This document shows positions 25,415 to 39,096 of a DNA stretch of 64,000 nt, piece after piece. The first letter of the stretch is position 1. Each line of letters begins with the position of its first letter. The translations under genes and the position numbers were made by a program. This DNA comes from Octopus vulgaris. Taxonomy: Eukaryota. The stretch lies in contig OX597832.1 of assembly GCA_951406725.2 (NCBI GenBank), forward strand, positions 17,174,001-17,238,000, in the 5' to 3' direction. Under the pieces are notes generated by a model. The model was not told where the DNA came from. It did not search any database and was given only the letters and a program-made list of their open reading frames with translations.

Positions 25415-26184
25415 CAGTGGCGAGTTGGCAGAATCGTTAGCACACCGGGCAAAATGCGTAGCCGCATTTCGTCTGGCATTACGTTCTGAGTTCAAATTCC
25501 GCCGAGGTCGACTCAGCCTTTCATCCTTTGGGGGTCGATAAATTAAGTACCAGTTATGCACTGGAGTCGATATAACCGACTTAATCCGTTTGTCTGTCCT
25601 TGTTTGTCCCCACTATGTTTAGCCCCTTGTGGGTAGTAAAGAAATAGGTATTTCGTCTGCCGCTACGTTCTGAGTTCAAATTCCGCCGAGGTCGACTCAG
25701 CCTTTCATCCTTTGGGGGTCGATAAATTAAGTACCAGTTATGCACTGGAGTCGATATAACCGACTTAATCCGTTTGTCTGTCCTTGTTTGTCCCCACTAT
25801 GTTTAGCCCCTTGTGGGTAGTAAAGAAATAGGTATTTCGTCTGCCGCTACGTTCTGAGTTCAAATTCCGCCGAGGTCGACTCAGCCTTTCATCCTTTCGG
25901 AGTCGATAAATTAAGTACCAGTTACGCACTGGGGTCTATATAACCGACTTAATCCGTTTGTCTCCTCTATGTTTAGCCCCTTGTGGGTAGTAAACAAATA
26001 GGTATTTCGTCTCCTGCTACGTTATGAGTTCAAATTCCGCCGAGGTCGACTCAGCCTTTCATCCTTTTGGGGTCGATAAATTAAGTACCAGTTACGCACT
26101 GTAGTCGATATAACCGACTTAATCCGTTTGTCTGTCCTTGTTTGTCCCCTCTATGTTTAACCCCTTGTGGGTAGTAAAGAAATA
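25415..26184 (+). mobile_element. SINE B tetramer (one head + four ~184-bp units)
   Basis: Junctions after 25646, 25830 and 26000; single 17-bp TSD ACTTGTTCAAATGTAAA at 25398-25414 and 26185-26201. Confidence 0.93.
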
Positions 26185-27264
26185 ACTTGTTCAAATGTAA
26201 ATCCGTCGAGCCTAATGAACAGGTTATTGTGTTGTAGCCTTTTACACTCTTTTACTTTATGTTGGCGGAGTCAGCAGCAGTGGGAAAATAAGGGTCAGGG
26301 CTACACGGGAAGGGGGGGTTCTACTTTTTGTTTTTGTCTTCTTTCTTTTACTTCTTTTCTTATTCTCTTTTGTTTTCGTCTTTTTCTTCTCTTTCGTAAT
26401 ACAAAAGCAACCGCCCACCCACACCGAATAAAAACAAAAATATATCTAAAAACAAAAAAATAACAAATGGAGCAAACAATAAATAAAAAGAAACAACAAC
26501 ATGCTTATATAAGACTTCAGTCAGTGCTCTTGGAGCGTGAAACTCCTACTTTTTTGCTATCTTCGTTGATTTTTTTTTTTTCTTAAATCATTCATTACCC
26601 GGGGTGGTAATTAACAAGCAACAAGATGTCGTGTTCACTTGACGATGGTAAGTAAGCAGAATTATTAATGAATATACTTAGGAAGTGTTGTTGTTGTTGT
26701 TGTTGTCTTAGAATCCGGCTACTTCTAATCTCAGAAGATTGTTTTGATCATAAGTCATGACCTTATCTCAGGACCCCTTTCGTGGGGCAGGGGGAAAGGC
26801 ATTGAGTTTCTTGGATTACATTATCTAATACAGCCACTCTGTTTTTTATTGGGTTTTTTTTTTTTTGTATGATGTTAAGATGATGCAATTTGAGGGCGTT
26901 TTGCTACCATTTCTTGTTAGTTGAATGATCACATTGAGATTTTACCCATTGTTTTTTTTTCTTGTTGTTTATCCTTCAAATCTGCTTTGATGAAACGGAT
27001 CTATTATAAAGGCACTCCAGCCTTGACCATCTCTCCTTGGTTTTCTTTGTTTTCTTTTTCAGGGTAGGTGTTTTCTGCACTGTATCATTACATTGACCCC
27101 CATGAGCTATTTTCTTTAATAAATTGAGAATTGAATCTGTGGAAGAATTTGCTGCTATTTCTTGCAAATTTAATGAGCTCATAGTGACTCTCTCTCATTT
27201 CCTGTACCCCTATGATGTCAGATTTTGGTCAAATATTGCCATTGCTGTTGCTTCTTCTAGTCTT

Positions 27265-27309
27265 TTTACTACTACTACTACTATCACTACCATAACCAAC
27301 ACCACCACA

Positions 27310-27340
<31 letters not shown>

Positions 27341-27571
27341 TCACCATCACAATCACAAATACTACTACCACTGCCACCACCACAACCGCTACTACAGCTG
27401 CTATAATGATGATTACTACAACTATCATACCACCACCATCACTACTACTACTACTGCTACTACTACCACCACCGCCACTACTACTACTACTACTACTACC
27501 ATTCTTACTACTACTACTTTTACTACTACTGCTGCTGCTGCTACTACTAATACTACTCTTACTACTACTCT

Positions 27572-27611
<40 letters not shown>

Positions 27612-27612
27612 G
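27265..27612. repeat. (ACT/ACC)n trinucleotide tract
   Basis: Direct inspection. Confidence 0.95.
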
Positions 27613-28015
27613 TTTCAGTCATGTTCTAAATGACACACCATTGTTTCCGTACTCCTTTATACATGACTTGCTGCCTGGCATTGCCCAGTGAATAAAGCTC
27701 TGAATTGTTTGTTGCTATGTTGTTGAATGAGAATCATGGCACTTGTGCATTATATCTCTTCAATCTAACTTCTGGATGTCTTTGACTGCAACTATCCAAG
27801 AAACAGTAACCCCTTTAAATGCACGAAGAAATGTGTGCATCCGAATACATTATCAGAAAGAGTGTTGCTAATGCTTTCTGCATTAAAGCAGAACGATAAC
27901 TTTACCTCTTGGCTGTTTAAAGGAGAAAGCTTTTTGTGACACTGTTTCTGGTTCCTCAATTTAAAGCCCCATATGGCTGACCATGCTGGAATACTGGTTT
28001 CTCAAGATAAATTAA

Positions 28016-28191
28016 CCCTTTTGTTACCATATTTCTGTTGAGATGCTCTGTGTTTCTTTTAATTAATTTTAAATGTAACTAAGAAGTTAGTAAAATAACT
28101 TAGTTATCATTAGGAACATAAATTGTGACTTAGGCTTTTGAAAACAAGACATTTGTACTACAGAGCCAGAGGCGGGTTGATATCAAAAGGG
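28016..28191. mobile_element. piggyBac-type MITE
   Basis: TTAA|CCCTTTTGTTACCA ... TGATATCAAAAGGG|TTAA: 14-bp TIR with 2 mismatches, CCC terminus, TTAA TSD; related ends at ~22190 and ~28990. Confidence 0.8.
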
Positions 28192-29733
28192 TTAAAGACA
28201 TGCTGCATTGTCTGTTTTTGGGGTTTATGTGTAGTCATTGCAAAACCTGACTGTGTCAGGAACTGGGTCCACTGAACAGGTACAGCTTCATTCTGTATCT
28301 ATCTCAAAAGGCAAGATATATATATATATATATATAATCATCATCATCACTTAACGTTCATTTTCCATGCTGGGATGAACTGGACAGTTTGACTGAAAAC
28401 TGGTAAACCAGGGACCTGCACCAAGCTCCACTCTGATTTGGTGTGGTTTCTACGGCTGGATGCCCTTCCTAATGCCAACCACTCCAAGAGTGGAGTGGGT
28501 GCTTTTTATGTGCCACCAGCATGGATACCTGTTATGAAACAGTGGCACCGGCCATGACTGCAATCTCACTTTGCTTGACAGGTCTTCTTGAGCATAGTAT
28601 ATTGCCAAAGATTTCGATCACTTAGCACTGCCTCCGTGAGGCCCATAGTTCGAAGGGTGCTGTCAACATGGGTGCCATGTACACGATACTACTTATATAT
28701 ATGTGTGTGTGCATGTGTCTTTGTGTCTGTTTGTCCCTCCTGCCTCGACTTGACAACTGTTGCAGGTGTATTTACATTCCTGTAATGTAGCACTTAAGCA
28801 AAAGAAACCGACAGCATAAGTACCAGGGGCCAGGGGTCGATTCATTCTACTAAAAATATTATAAGGCAGTGACCCAGCACGGCAGCAGTTGAATGAGTGA
28901 AACAAGTAAAAGATAAAAGATAAAAGATAAAAATATTTTTGGAACATTGATTGAAACAAAGGCCATGTACTTCAACAAATAAATTGTAACAAAAGGGTTA
29001 ACCCCTCAGATATACTATGTCCATCATACTTACACAAACACACATATATGTGCATTAGAATGGTCTTGTATTATTTTGTGTATTATTTTATCCTCTTTGT
29101 ATTCAAGTATGCCATACAGGAAAACACTTTCTCGAATATCAAAAATAAAAATGAACTTTTTGGCTTCCAACAATTATTATGTCCAGAAGTTTCATAAACC
29201 CATAAACTGTTTTCATCCAAAATGATATATTGTATCAGTATTCTTTTCTTCATTTTTTTCTTCTGCTTGTTTCCATTATTTGACTGTGGCCAAGCTGGAG
29301 CATCACTTTAAAGGGTTTTAGTTGAAGAAATCAACCCCAGGACTTATTCTTTGTAAGCTTAGTACTTATTCTCTCGATCTCTTGCCAAAGTGCTAAGTTA
29401 TGGGGTCATAAACACACCGACGTCGGTTGTCAAGAGATGGCAGAAGGAACAAACATAGTCACATTATCATCATCATATAACAACTGCTTACCATGCTGGC
29501 ATGTGTTGGATAGTTTGACTTAGGACTGGCGAGCCAGGAGGCTGCACCAGGCTCCAATCTGTTTTGGCAAGGTTTCTACAGCTGGAAGCCACCTTTCCTA
29601 ATGCCAATCACTTAGAGATTGTAGTGAGTGCTTTTTAGGTGCCTCCGGTACAGGGGCCAGTCAGGCAGCACTGGCATCGATCATATTCGGATAGTGCTTT
29701 TTTATGTGTCACACACATAAATATATATATATA

Positions 29734-30133
29734 GGCGTAGGAGTGGCTGTGGTAAGTAGCTTGTTACCAACCACATGGTTCCGGGTTCAGTCACACTGCG
29801 TGGCACCTTGGGCAAGTGTCTTCTGCTATAGCCCCGGGCCGACCAAAGCCTTGTGAGTGGATTTGGTAGACAGAAACTGAAAGAAGCCCGTCGTATATAT
29901 GCATATATATATATATATATATGTGTGTGTTTGTGTGTCTGTGTTTGTCCCCCTAGCATTGCTTGACAATCGATGCTGGTGTGTCTATGTCCCCGTTACT
30001 TAGCAGTTCAGCAAAAGATACCGATAGAATAAGTACTGGGCTTATAAAAGAATAAGTCCCAGGGTCAAGTTGCTCGATTAAAGGTGGTGCTCCAGCATGG
30101 CCGCAGTCAAATGACTGAAAAGAGTAAAAGAGT
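29734..30133 (+). mobile_element. SINE family A, full length
   Basis: tRNA-like head (TGGCTGTGGTAAG; GGTTCAGTC), CCTTGGGCAAG block, internal (TA)(TG) tract, tail GCTCCAGCATGGCCGCAGTCAAATGACTGAAA. Confidence 0.9.
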
Positions 30134-31049
30134 ATATGTATATACGATGGGGTTCTTTCGGTTTCCATCTACCAAGTCCACTCACAAGGTTTTAGGTGGC
30201 CCCTGAGGCTACAGTAGAATACACTTGCCCAAGGTGCCACACAGTGGGACTGAATCCAGAACCATTTAGTTAGGAAGCAAGCTCCTTACCACACCGCCAC
30301 ACCTGTGCCTATATATTTTGAAGAAATAATTTAAACTAATTACTACAAGTGTTCAAAAGGCTGGGCTAACGATAGAATAACTAATTAATGATAGAACCTC
30401 TATACAGTTGCTCTCCCTGATAGAAATAATAGTAAAATTTCACTCAAATCACAACTCATTCTCTCTGGAAGGCAGAGGACATTGGATGAATTGGTATTAG
30501 ATATTCTTCTAACAAGATGGGATGGCCATGGTTGGAATATGTTTGGTCACAGGTCTACTCAATTAGGTCAGACCTTGAGTTAAGCAATGATTATTCAATA
30601 AATGATTCTACATCCATGTTGGATTATCTCTGTATTCATCGATTAATGTGTGTCTTCTGTGCTGGCTTGGGTTGGACGGTTTGACAGGAACTGGCCAGGC
30701 AGGAGCCTGCACCAGACCTCTGTATCTGTTTTGGCACGGTTTTTATAGTTGGATGCCCATTCTACTATTAACCAACCAATCAACTTGCAATATTAATTCT
30801 GTCATTATTTTTGATTTTGAAAGCGCTCTCCCTATCTCTATCACTATCCCCCTCTCTCTCTCTCTCTATACACATTCACATATATACACACATATACATA
30901 TATGCACACATGTATGTATGTGTGTGTGTAGCAACGAAAGAAGATACAATTTAATGGTTTTTAATGCATTATACGAGTTTAAATGCGTCTGTTTGAGAGT
31001 GGGTGCGTGTGTAAGAGAGAGAGGGAAAGAAAGAAAGAAAGAAAGAAAG

Positions 31050-31290
31050 AAAGTCAGAAAACAACACAGCTCCCATGACTTTTGGAAACATTTTATCACG
31101 CTCAGAGTTGCTGAAGCATGGAACAAACTGCCTGCGTCAGTTGTTGACTGCCATGACACTGCATCCTTTAAGGCCCTCATACTTTCCGAAATCCGCCGAA
31201 ACTACACCTGATATACATACACTTTAGATGAGTTGTAGTGCACCTGAGCACTGTACACAATGTTTTTATCATTATTATTATTATTATTAT
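31050..31290 (+). mobile_element. CR1/L2-group LINE 3' end (second copy ~40655-40985 on -)
   Basis: VRKQHSSHDFWKHFITLRVAEAWNKLPASVVDCHDTASFK...*, short UTR ending GTGCACCTGAGCACTGTA and (TTA)n. Confidence 0.8.
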
Positions 31291-31879
31291 TTGCGAAGAA
31301 CTGTTAAATCGCAAATCGTTAGTTATCAAAGAGTTACTTCCCTTTTGTCAGAGTTGTTTCCCCTGGCTTTCGAGCGGTTTTTCAAGTAAACCATTGCTTA
31401 GGTTATTCGTGTGTTCTCGTTTTCTCTGTTTTGTCTTTTTTGTCATCGTTTTCGTGTTGTAGTTTTTTACGGCCACACAAAACTGCCTTTGTTGAATGAT
31501 AATGTTTCGTGCTTTCATTCCTTTGGGTTATACATTCAAATCCTTCTTTAAGCAATATTTTCCTCATGAATATGTTTAGAAATAACAAACAGCACCCAGG
31601 TTTCTGGCCCTGGTCCAGTAACTATGGTTACATGACAATTTTAATAGCTATGATTTTATATACATTTCTTCTTTACGTTTTTCCTGTATGTGCTGGATCT
31701 GTTCTCTGCTGGATCTATCTATGTCCGGTTCTAGCAACGTATCTGTTTCTCTCGTGTTACAGATTGCTGGCATTATGCTCAACTTTTCATCATTTCTGAA
31801 GGATGGGAGGCAGTGATTCATCTCCCATGATATTTCGTATGGTGTAACAGTGCTGATTCTATGAGCAAGCAGAAGAGAG

Positions 31880-32195
31880 GGGGAGGGAGAAAAGTATAAC
31901 GTAACAGTGAGAGAGAGATGAGAAAAATATAAAGTAACACAGGGAGAGAGGGAGATAGAGAGAGATGAGAAAAGTATAAAGTAACAGAGAGAGAGAGACA
32001 GAAAGGAGAAAAATATAAAGTAACAGAGAGAGAGAGATGAGAAAGGTATAAAAGTAACAGAGAGAGAGAGAGATGAGAAAAATATAAAGTAACAGAGAGA
32101 GAGAGAAAGATGAGAAAAGTATAAAAGTAACAGAGAGAGAGAGAGAGAGAGAGAAAGATGAGAAAAGTATAATGTAATAGAGAGAGAGAGATGTT
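31880..32195. repeat. GA-rich minisatellite, ~33-40 bp unit (GAGATGAGAAAANTATAAAGTAACAGAGAGA)
   Basis: About 8 degenerate tandem copies, ~350 bp upstream of exon 2. Confidence 0.85.
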
Positions 32196-32549
32196 AAGAA
32201 ACTGAGGGAGAACATGGCCATGAGATAAATACAGATTGAGAAAGTGAGAGCATGAGAAAAACACATAGAAAGAAAAAAGAAAGAAAGAAAGAATGGAAGG
32301 AAGAAAGAAAGACAGACAGACAGAATGAAAGATAGAGTGGAAGACATAGAAGCATAAAGCTTGAGCTCTTCGTTTACTTTCAAGTATTTATTAAGCAACT
32401 CTGGAGGGATTTGATCTCAGTGGGTCGAGAGCCAAATGAAATACCACAAGGCATTATTCTGTCCAAGGTTGTAAATGCCTCTACCAATTTACCATCCAAA
32501 AATGATTCTAATGGTGTTAATTATTATCTTCTCTTTCTCTCAATTACAG

Positions 32550-32615
32550 TTGACTGCATAAAGCTGACCGTCAGTAAAATATTCAGCTATGGTATCATCA
32601 TTGGTTCCGTGTTAG
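32550..32615 (+). CDS. MPDU1: MPDU1 coding exon 2 ((I)DCIKLTVSKIFSYGIIIGSVL)
   Basis: Pyrimidine tract + TTACAG acceptor, 66 nt, donor G|GTGAGT; matches the MPDU1 C.K...SK.LG.GI..GS segment; phases fit both neighbours. Confidence 0.92.
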
Positions 32616-34603
32616 GTGAGTATCAATGTTATTCTTTTATCATTTGACTTCTATCACCAGGCAGCCAGCCAGCAGAATCATTAGCAATCCAGATGAAATG
32701 CTTAGCAGTATTTCATGTGTGTATCTATATGTATATATATATATATTTCTTTACTATCCACAAGGGGCTAAGCACAGAGAGGACAAACAAGGACAGACAA
32801 ACGGATTAAGTCGATTGCATCGACGCCAGTGTGTAACTGGTACTTAATTTATCGACCCCGAAAGGATGAAAGGCAAAGTCGACCTTGGCGGAATTTGAAC
32901 TCAGAACGTAACGGCAGACTAAATACGGTTATGCATTTCGCCCGGCGTGCTAACGTTTCTGCCAGCTCGCATATATATTTCATACCTGCCCTCTATAACA
33001 TCTTGTTTTCTTTTCTTCTGTTTTTTATTTTCTTTAGTTGGATTAGTAGAATGTTGAACAAAATGTTTGACAGTATATCTCCTGGCTCTTCATTTTCTGA
33101 GTTCAAATCCTTTTATTGCTCCAGGGGTTTTTCATACTGGTTTCAAATGTTGGCTCAGGGCCAGCAGGTCTGTAAGAGAGTCTAAATTGATTACATCAAC
33201 TCCAGTGTTCAAATAGTAATCATTTTGTTGATCCTGGAAGGATAAAAAGCAAAGTCTACCTTGGCAGAGTTTACTCTCAGAATGTGCTGGCAGACCAAAT
33301 GCTACAAAGCATTTTGCTCAGCATCAACCCCAGTGTGCAACTGGTACTCCTTTTATTGACCATTCATAGAAAGGATGAAAGGCAAAGTCAACCTCGGCAG
33401 AATTTGCACTCAGAACGTGCAGAGTGACCCTATGCCACAAAGCATTTAGTCTGGTATGCTAAGGATTCTGCCAGCTTGCTGCCTCCTCTGGGGTTTTTAG
33501 ATTATCAATCGACACACTTCCCTTAAATATCCTTATCTATTCTAGGCACAAGGCCCGGAATTTGGGGGGAAGGGGAGGGGGCCAGTTGATCAGCTCCACC
33601 CCAGTATGCAACTGGTACTTGATTTTTGAATCCCGAAAGGATGAAAAGCAAAGTTGACCTCGGCAGAATTTGAACTCAGATCATAAAGTCAGATGAAATA
33701 CCTATTTCTTTATTACCCTCAAGGGGCTAAACACAGAGGGGACAAACAAGGACAGACATAGGTATTAAGTCGATTACATCGACCCCAGTGCGTAACTGGT
33801 ACTTAATTTATCGACCCCGAAAGGATGAAAGGCAAAGTTGACCTCGGCGGAATTTGAACTCACAACGTAACGCAGACGAAATACCGCTAAGCATTTCACC
33901 CAGTGTGCTAACGTTTCTGCCAGCTCACCTCCTTCCTCTTCCCTCAAATATGTTTTCTACTCTAAGCATAAGGCTCGAAATATTATTATTGTTGTTGTCG
34001 TTGTTGTCCTTGCTGATGCTGTTGATGCTAACTGTTGTATTTGATATTTTATTAAAGGCAGCAAGCTGGCTGAATTGTTGGCACACTGGACAAAGTGTTT
34101 GGCAGCATTTTGTCCTTCTTTATATCCTGGGTTCAAATTCCACTGAGGTTAACTCTGAAGGATTAAATCCCAGTTGTATACTGGGGTCAATGTAATTGAC
34201 ATGCCCACTCTCACATGAATTTCAGACCTTGTACCTGTCATAGAAATTAGTTTATTAAAGTATTTGATTTTAATTTATTTAAACTTTTTCATATCCTTTA
34301 CTCCTTTTTTTTTTTTTCTTGCTTATCTGTGCCATGCATGTATTCATGAGCACACATGCATGATGTGTGTGTTCATATACAGGTGTTGCCAAATGGAGAA
34401 GCTTTTTGCTTCTGAATAATGAGTTATTGAGTAGAGATGTTGCTTGGATATTAAGATTACAAATACCTGTGCAATACTCTGGTAGATTTGTATACTCAGT
34501 CATCAAACCTGACATGATATTCTATCAGGAATGAGATATAAAAAGATCAAAATATGTGCAAGGGCTGGAAAGGTATGAAGCAATCATTCTTCTTATTGGT
34601 AGA

Positions 34604-34783
34604 CAGAAATTTCCACTTTTTTTTTCTTATTTTTATTGTCCTAAAATTTTCGTTGCGTCTTGCAACCTTTTCAATAATTTTGACTCTTTTCAATAGTTTT
34701 GACCCTTAAAACTATTGAAAAGGTTGCAAGACACAACGAAAATTTTAAGACAATAAAAATAAGAAAAAAAAAAGTGGAAATTT
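34604..34783. repeat. Inverted duplication carrying a U3-A8 hammerhead-like motif on each arm
   Basis: Arms ~34604-34680 and ~34708-34783 are reverse complements; motif at 34638-34684 (-) and 34708-34751 (+). Confidence 0.8.
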
Positions 34784-36530
34784 TACCGATGTGTGTTTTA
34801 CATAATAAGGCACAAAAAAGAAAATGACTCTCCCCAGACACAACAACCTATGGTGTTGTCCCTATAAAACTACATGGAAAACTGTATATGCTTATCACCG
34901 AAGTCACAAGGGGATGCATTGATGGCTTTTTGGTGGAAAAGGAAAGATTGGTATTTGATTTAAGACTTTAATGGCAACGATGATCTCTCTCACTCATTTA
35001 CTACCCCTTCTCTCATTTTTGCTTTTCTTTTCTTGGTTAATAATTATCACATGAATAGATAATTACACAAACGTTAACATTTGCTTACGTGGCTCCACCT
35101 GAGAAAGACATCTGACAGACCATGAACTGTAAACCAGTCTTTTTTAATTAACACATGCTCTGATACACAAATTGATAGCTTATACACTTCAGCTGACCTA
35201 AATGCCTAACTACACTGAGATAACATTGGGGCCTCTGTGTGGTTGTTTGACTTCGCTAGAAACGGCAGCAAAAACTCCCTCAATACACACACAGTCTTAA
35301 AAATAAATATTGTATAGGATTATATAGTCTTAGGTTTTCACATAGGAAAAAAGACAGGATAATTATGTTTGGTGTACCTTTATTACTGATTGATAAAGGT
35401 ATGACCAGAAACCTGGGCCAAATGCTGTACCCTTTTCTTTCTTCCAGATTTTGTGGTCATCCCTTTTCTTTAGAAATCATTATTATTGCTGTGATTAGGC
35501 AGCAAGCTGGCAAAATTGTGAGCTTGCCTGACCAAATATCTGGTAGCGTTTTGCCAGTCTTTACATTCTGAGTTCTAATTCTGCCAAGGTTGACTTTACC
35601 TTTCTTCCTTTTGGGGTTGATGAAATTAGTACTGGTTAAGCATTGAAGCCAATATAATCAACAACCCCTTTCCCTAAAATTTCAGGCCTTGAACTTATTG
35701 TAGAAAGCATTATTATTATTATTGAGTGAGAGAACAGTGTATGCCATCAAAGTGACACTGGGGTAAAATATAGGAAGCCCAGTATACCCAGCTAAGGGAA
35801 CTGGAAGAATGTGTAGTGAAGTTTTGGCACACCTTGGCTACTTGACAGAGAGAGAGCTTCAGAGAGAACATTGAGAGACAGCAGACATGTCAGATGGATG
35901 GTGAACAGACACAGACAGCTGCTGACCCAAGCCAACATCAACCACAATAAATGGCCTGCAATGGCAACACAATGACCAGCAGCTAACTTTTTGACCACTA
36001 TTTACAATTATAGCAAGGACAATAACATTCAAATTTTCTCAGAACAAAGTCCATTGTAGTGTTACTCATTTTCAGTTAAGTGAACTTAAGCAATGTGAAG
36101 TGAAGTGTTGTGCTCACCCACCCTTTCTGTGATTTGAAACCATCATATTGAGGTCATGAGTGCAACACCCTAACCACTAGACCATATACCTTTACTCATA
36201 TAATAGTTATGAATTCATACATTTATGAATTTCAGTTGCAAGATTCCTGATGTGAAACCATGTATTTAAACATTTTTGGGGGTCAAATAAGAATGGACTG
36301 CATGGAGCAGGAGGATACATGTGGACAGAAAAAGGTGCTGAAGAAGTCACAGATTTTTGACGAAAGATTTCCAGACAATGGACATAAGATAAAATAAGAA
36401 CAATAATAAACAAGTGAAGAACGAATGTGTAATGTGTGTGTTTATTTTACAAGAAAAAAATGACCATCCTGAAATAAAACAGTTATGAATCCCTCTGTTT
36501 AATATGCTGTTTCATTTTGCTTTCTTTCAG

Positions 36531-36663
36531 TGAAACTACCTCAGATTATCAAGATCGTCAACTCCAAGAGCGGTAGAGGAATTAATTTATTTAGTGTCAC
36601 CATGGAGCTAGGAGCCATAAGTGCTTCTGTCTCTTATGGATATGCTTCAAAATTCCCATTCAG
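36531..36663 (+). CDS. MPDU1: MPDU1 coding exon 3 ((V)KLPQIIKIVNSKSGRGINLFSVTMELGAISASVSYGYASKFPF)
   Basis: TTTCTTTCAG acceptor, 133 nt, AG|GTAAGC donor; carries the PQ-loop signature KLPQ..KI...KS..G. Absent from the ORF track; translated by hand. Confidence 0.95.
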
Positions 36664-38199
36664 GTAAGCTGGAGTTTGATTCAGAACATTTCCATCCAGT
36701 ATCCACACACACACACACACACACATAGGCGCAGACGTGGCTGTGTGGTAAGAAGCTTGCTTCCCAACCACACCTCGTGACACCTCGGGCTGGTGTCTTC
36801 AACTATAGCCTCAAGTGAGTGGATTTGGTAGACAGAAACTGTATTTGTGTATATGTGTGTATCTTTGTATCTGTATTTGTTCCCACACCATCACTTGACA
36901 ACCGATGTTGGTGTGTTTGTGTCCCCATAACTTAGCAGTTCGGCAAAGGAGACTGATAGAATAAGTACTAGGCTTACAACGAATAAGTCCTGGGGTCAGT
37001 TTCTCCAACTAAAAGACCCTCTAAGGCAGTGCTCCAGCAGCGCCACGGTCAAATGACTGAAACATGTAAATTAATAAAAGAAAGAAAACCGCTCATGTAG
37101 GATTCTTATAGTATTTTCTTGTTGATGCATTAAACTCTGCACATGTGCCATCATGTGGCACCTTGGGCAAGTGTCTTCTGCCACAGCCCTATGTTGATGA
37201 AAGCCTTGTGAGTGGATTTGGCCGACAGAAGCTGAGAGCCGCTTGTCAGTTGTGAATATGTATATGTATGTACGTGTGTGCATATGTGTGTGTATGCGTT
37301 TGTTTGTTTTTTGCCACTTTTATAACCACCATTGGTTTGTTTATATCCCCATTGCTTAGCAGTTTAGCAAAAGGGACCGATAGAATGAATGACCACGGTG
37401 TTACGTAGGGCCTCCAACTGTGAAAGCTGTGCCAAAACAGTCACAGAAGTTTGATGCGGGCAGACATTAAGATGATGATGATGATGACGTTTATAACTAG
37501 CACCACTACTTCTACTACTATTACTACTACTACAACTACTACTATGAAAACTAATCACTCTACATTTTCCATCCCCATCTCATCAATATACCCTACCCCA
37601 ACAACATCCACCATCACCACCATCAACATCCACCACCAACATCACCTCCACCAACATCACCACCACCACCACCACCATCCATGCTACCAAAGCAACCACT
37701 ACCACCATCACAATCTTTGCCACCACTATTACTACACCTCTCTCCTCCCCCCACCCCAACACATCCTCACCACATTAGTACCCTCTGCCCCCCCCCCCCA
37801 ACTATAACCACCACCACCACCACCACCACTACCACTACTACTACCAATATCTCACAACCATCTCTACCACCACCACCACCACCACCACCATCACTACTAC
37901 CAATTATGCTAGTATCTGAAATGCTCCACCACCACCCAACTCTTGAAAGCCACATCAATACTGTCTACACGGGGGGGGGGCGACACCCACCCACCCACCC
38001 CCGGTCCCCCCCCGCACGCCTGCTCCCCCTCCCCTCTCAACACTAATTTGTCCCTCCTGCTAACCTTCACCCACAACCCATGTCATTCCTCACCCCTTCC
38101 CATCACTCCTTGCTATTCATGTGAACATTTAATCAAATCTTGGTAACCCACCCCCACCTTCTAACCATTTACCTAAAACCACCCACTCCAGTGAGAATG

Positions 38200-38236
<37 letters not shown>

Positions 38237-38524
38237 TGCACACACATGCATATTTGTGTGTATGCATGTGTGTGTTTGTATATATATATATACATATATA
38301 TATACATACAAACATACATATATGTATACATATACATACATACATACATCATCATCATCATCATCAACACACACACACATATATATGAAGCATTTGTGAA
38401 CACTGACTCATTCACACATATACACACGTTTGTATATCACTTGCACACACACACACACACACACATACATATATAGACTTGCTCTCAAACATACAGACAT
38501 GCGTATGTGGTACCTTTACCTATG

Positions 38525-38555
<31 letters not shown>

Positions 38556-39096
38556 ATAAACATGTACAAACTTATTGTGTTCGTCACATGCACACACACA
38601 GACACACATGCATAGGCACACACTCAAATACATATACAGCCATTCAAACTGGATTTCACACATACACACATCTACACACACACTCACACACATACACACA
38701 CACTCACACACATACACACACACACACACACGTGCATATACGTACATAGACTTACTCTCAAACGTATGGACACACATATATGTTGCACTCACATACACAC
38801 ACAGGCACCCAAGCAAACACGCTTACCCAGTCTCTCTGCTGCACACACACACACAGAAGCACACACTCAAATACATATACAGCCATGTAGTCTGAATATC
38901 ACACATACACACATCTACACACACACACACACACACATATATGTACATAGACTCGCTCTCAAACATACGGACACACATATATGTTGCATTCACATATGCA
39001 CACAGACACCCAAGCTAACACACTTACGCAGTCTCTCTGCCACACACACACACATGCTCTCAGTCACTCAGTCATGCATACTCCAAAATTCTACAG

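Noticed and set aside
25415-26184. Tandem array as a CRISPR array or retrozyme
   Set aside because: No unique spacers, eukaryotic context, and no hammerhead core found in the unit on either strand; it has a tRNA-like SINE head and a TSD.
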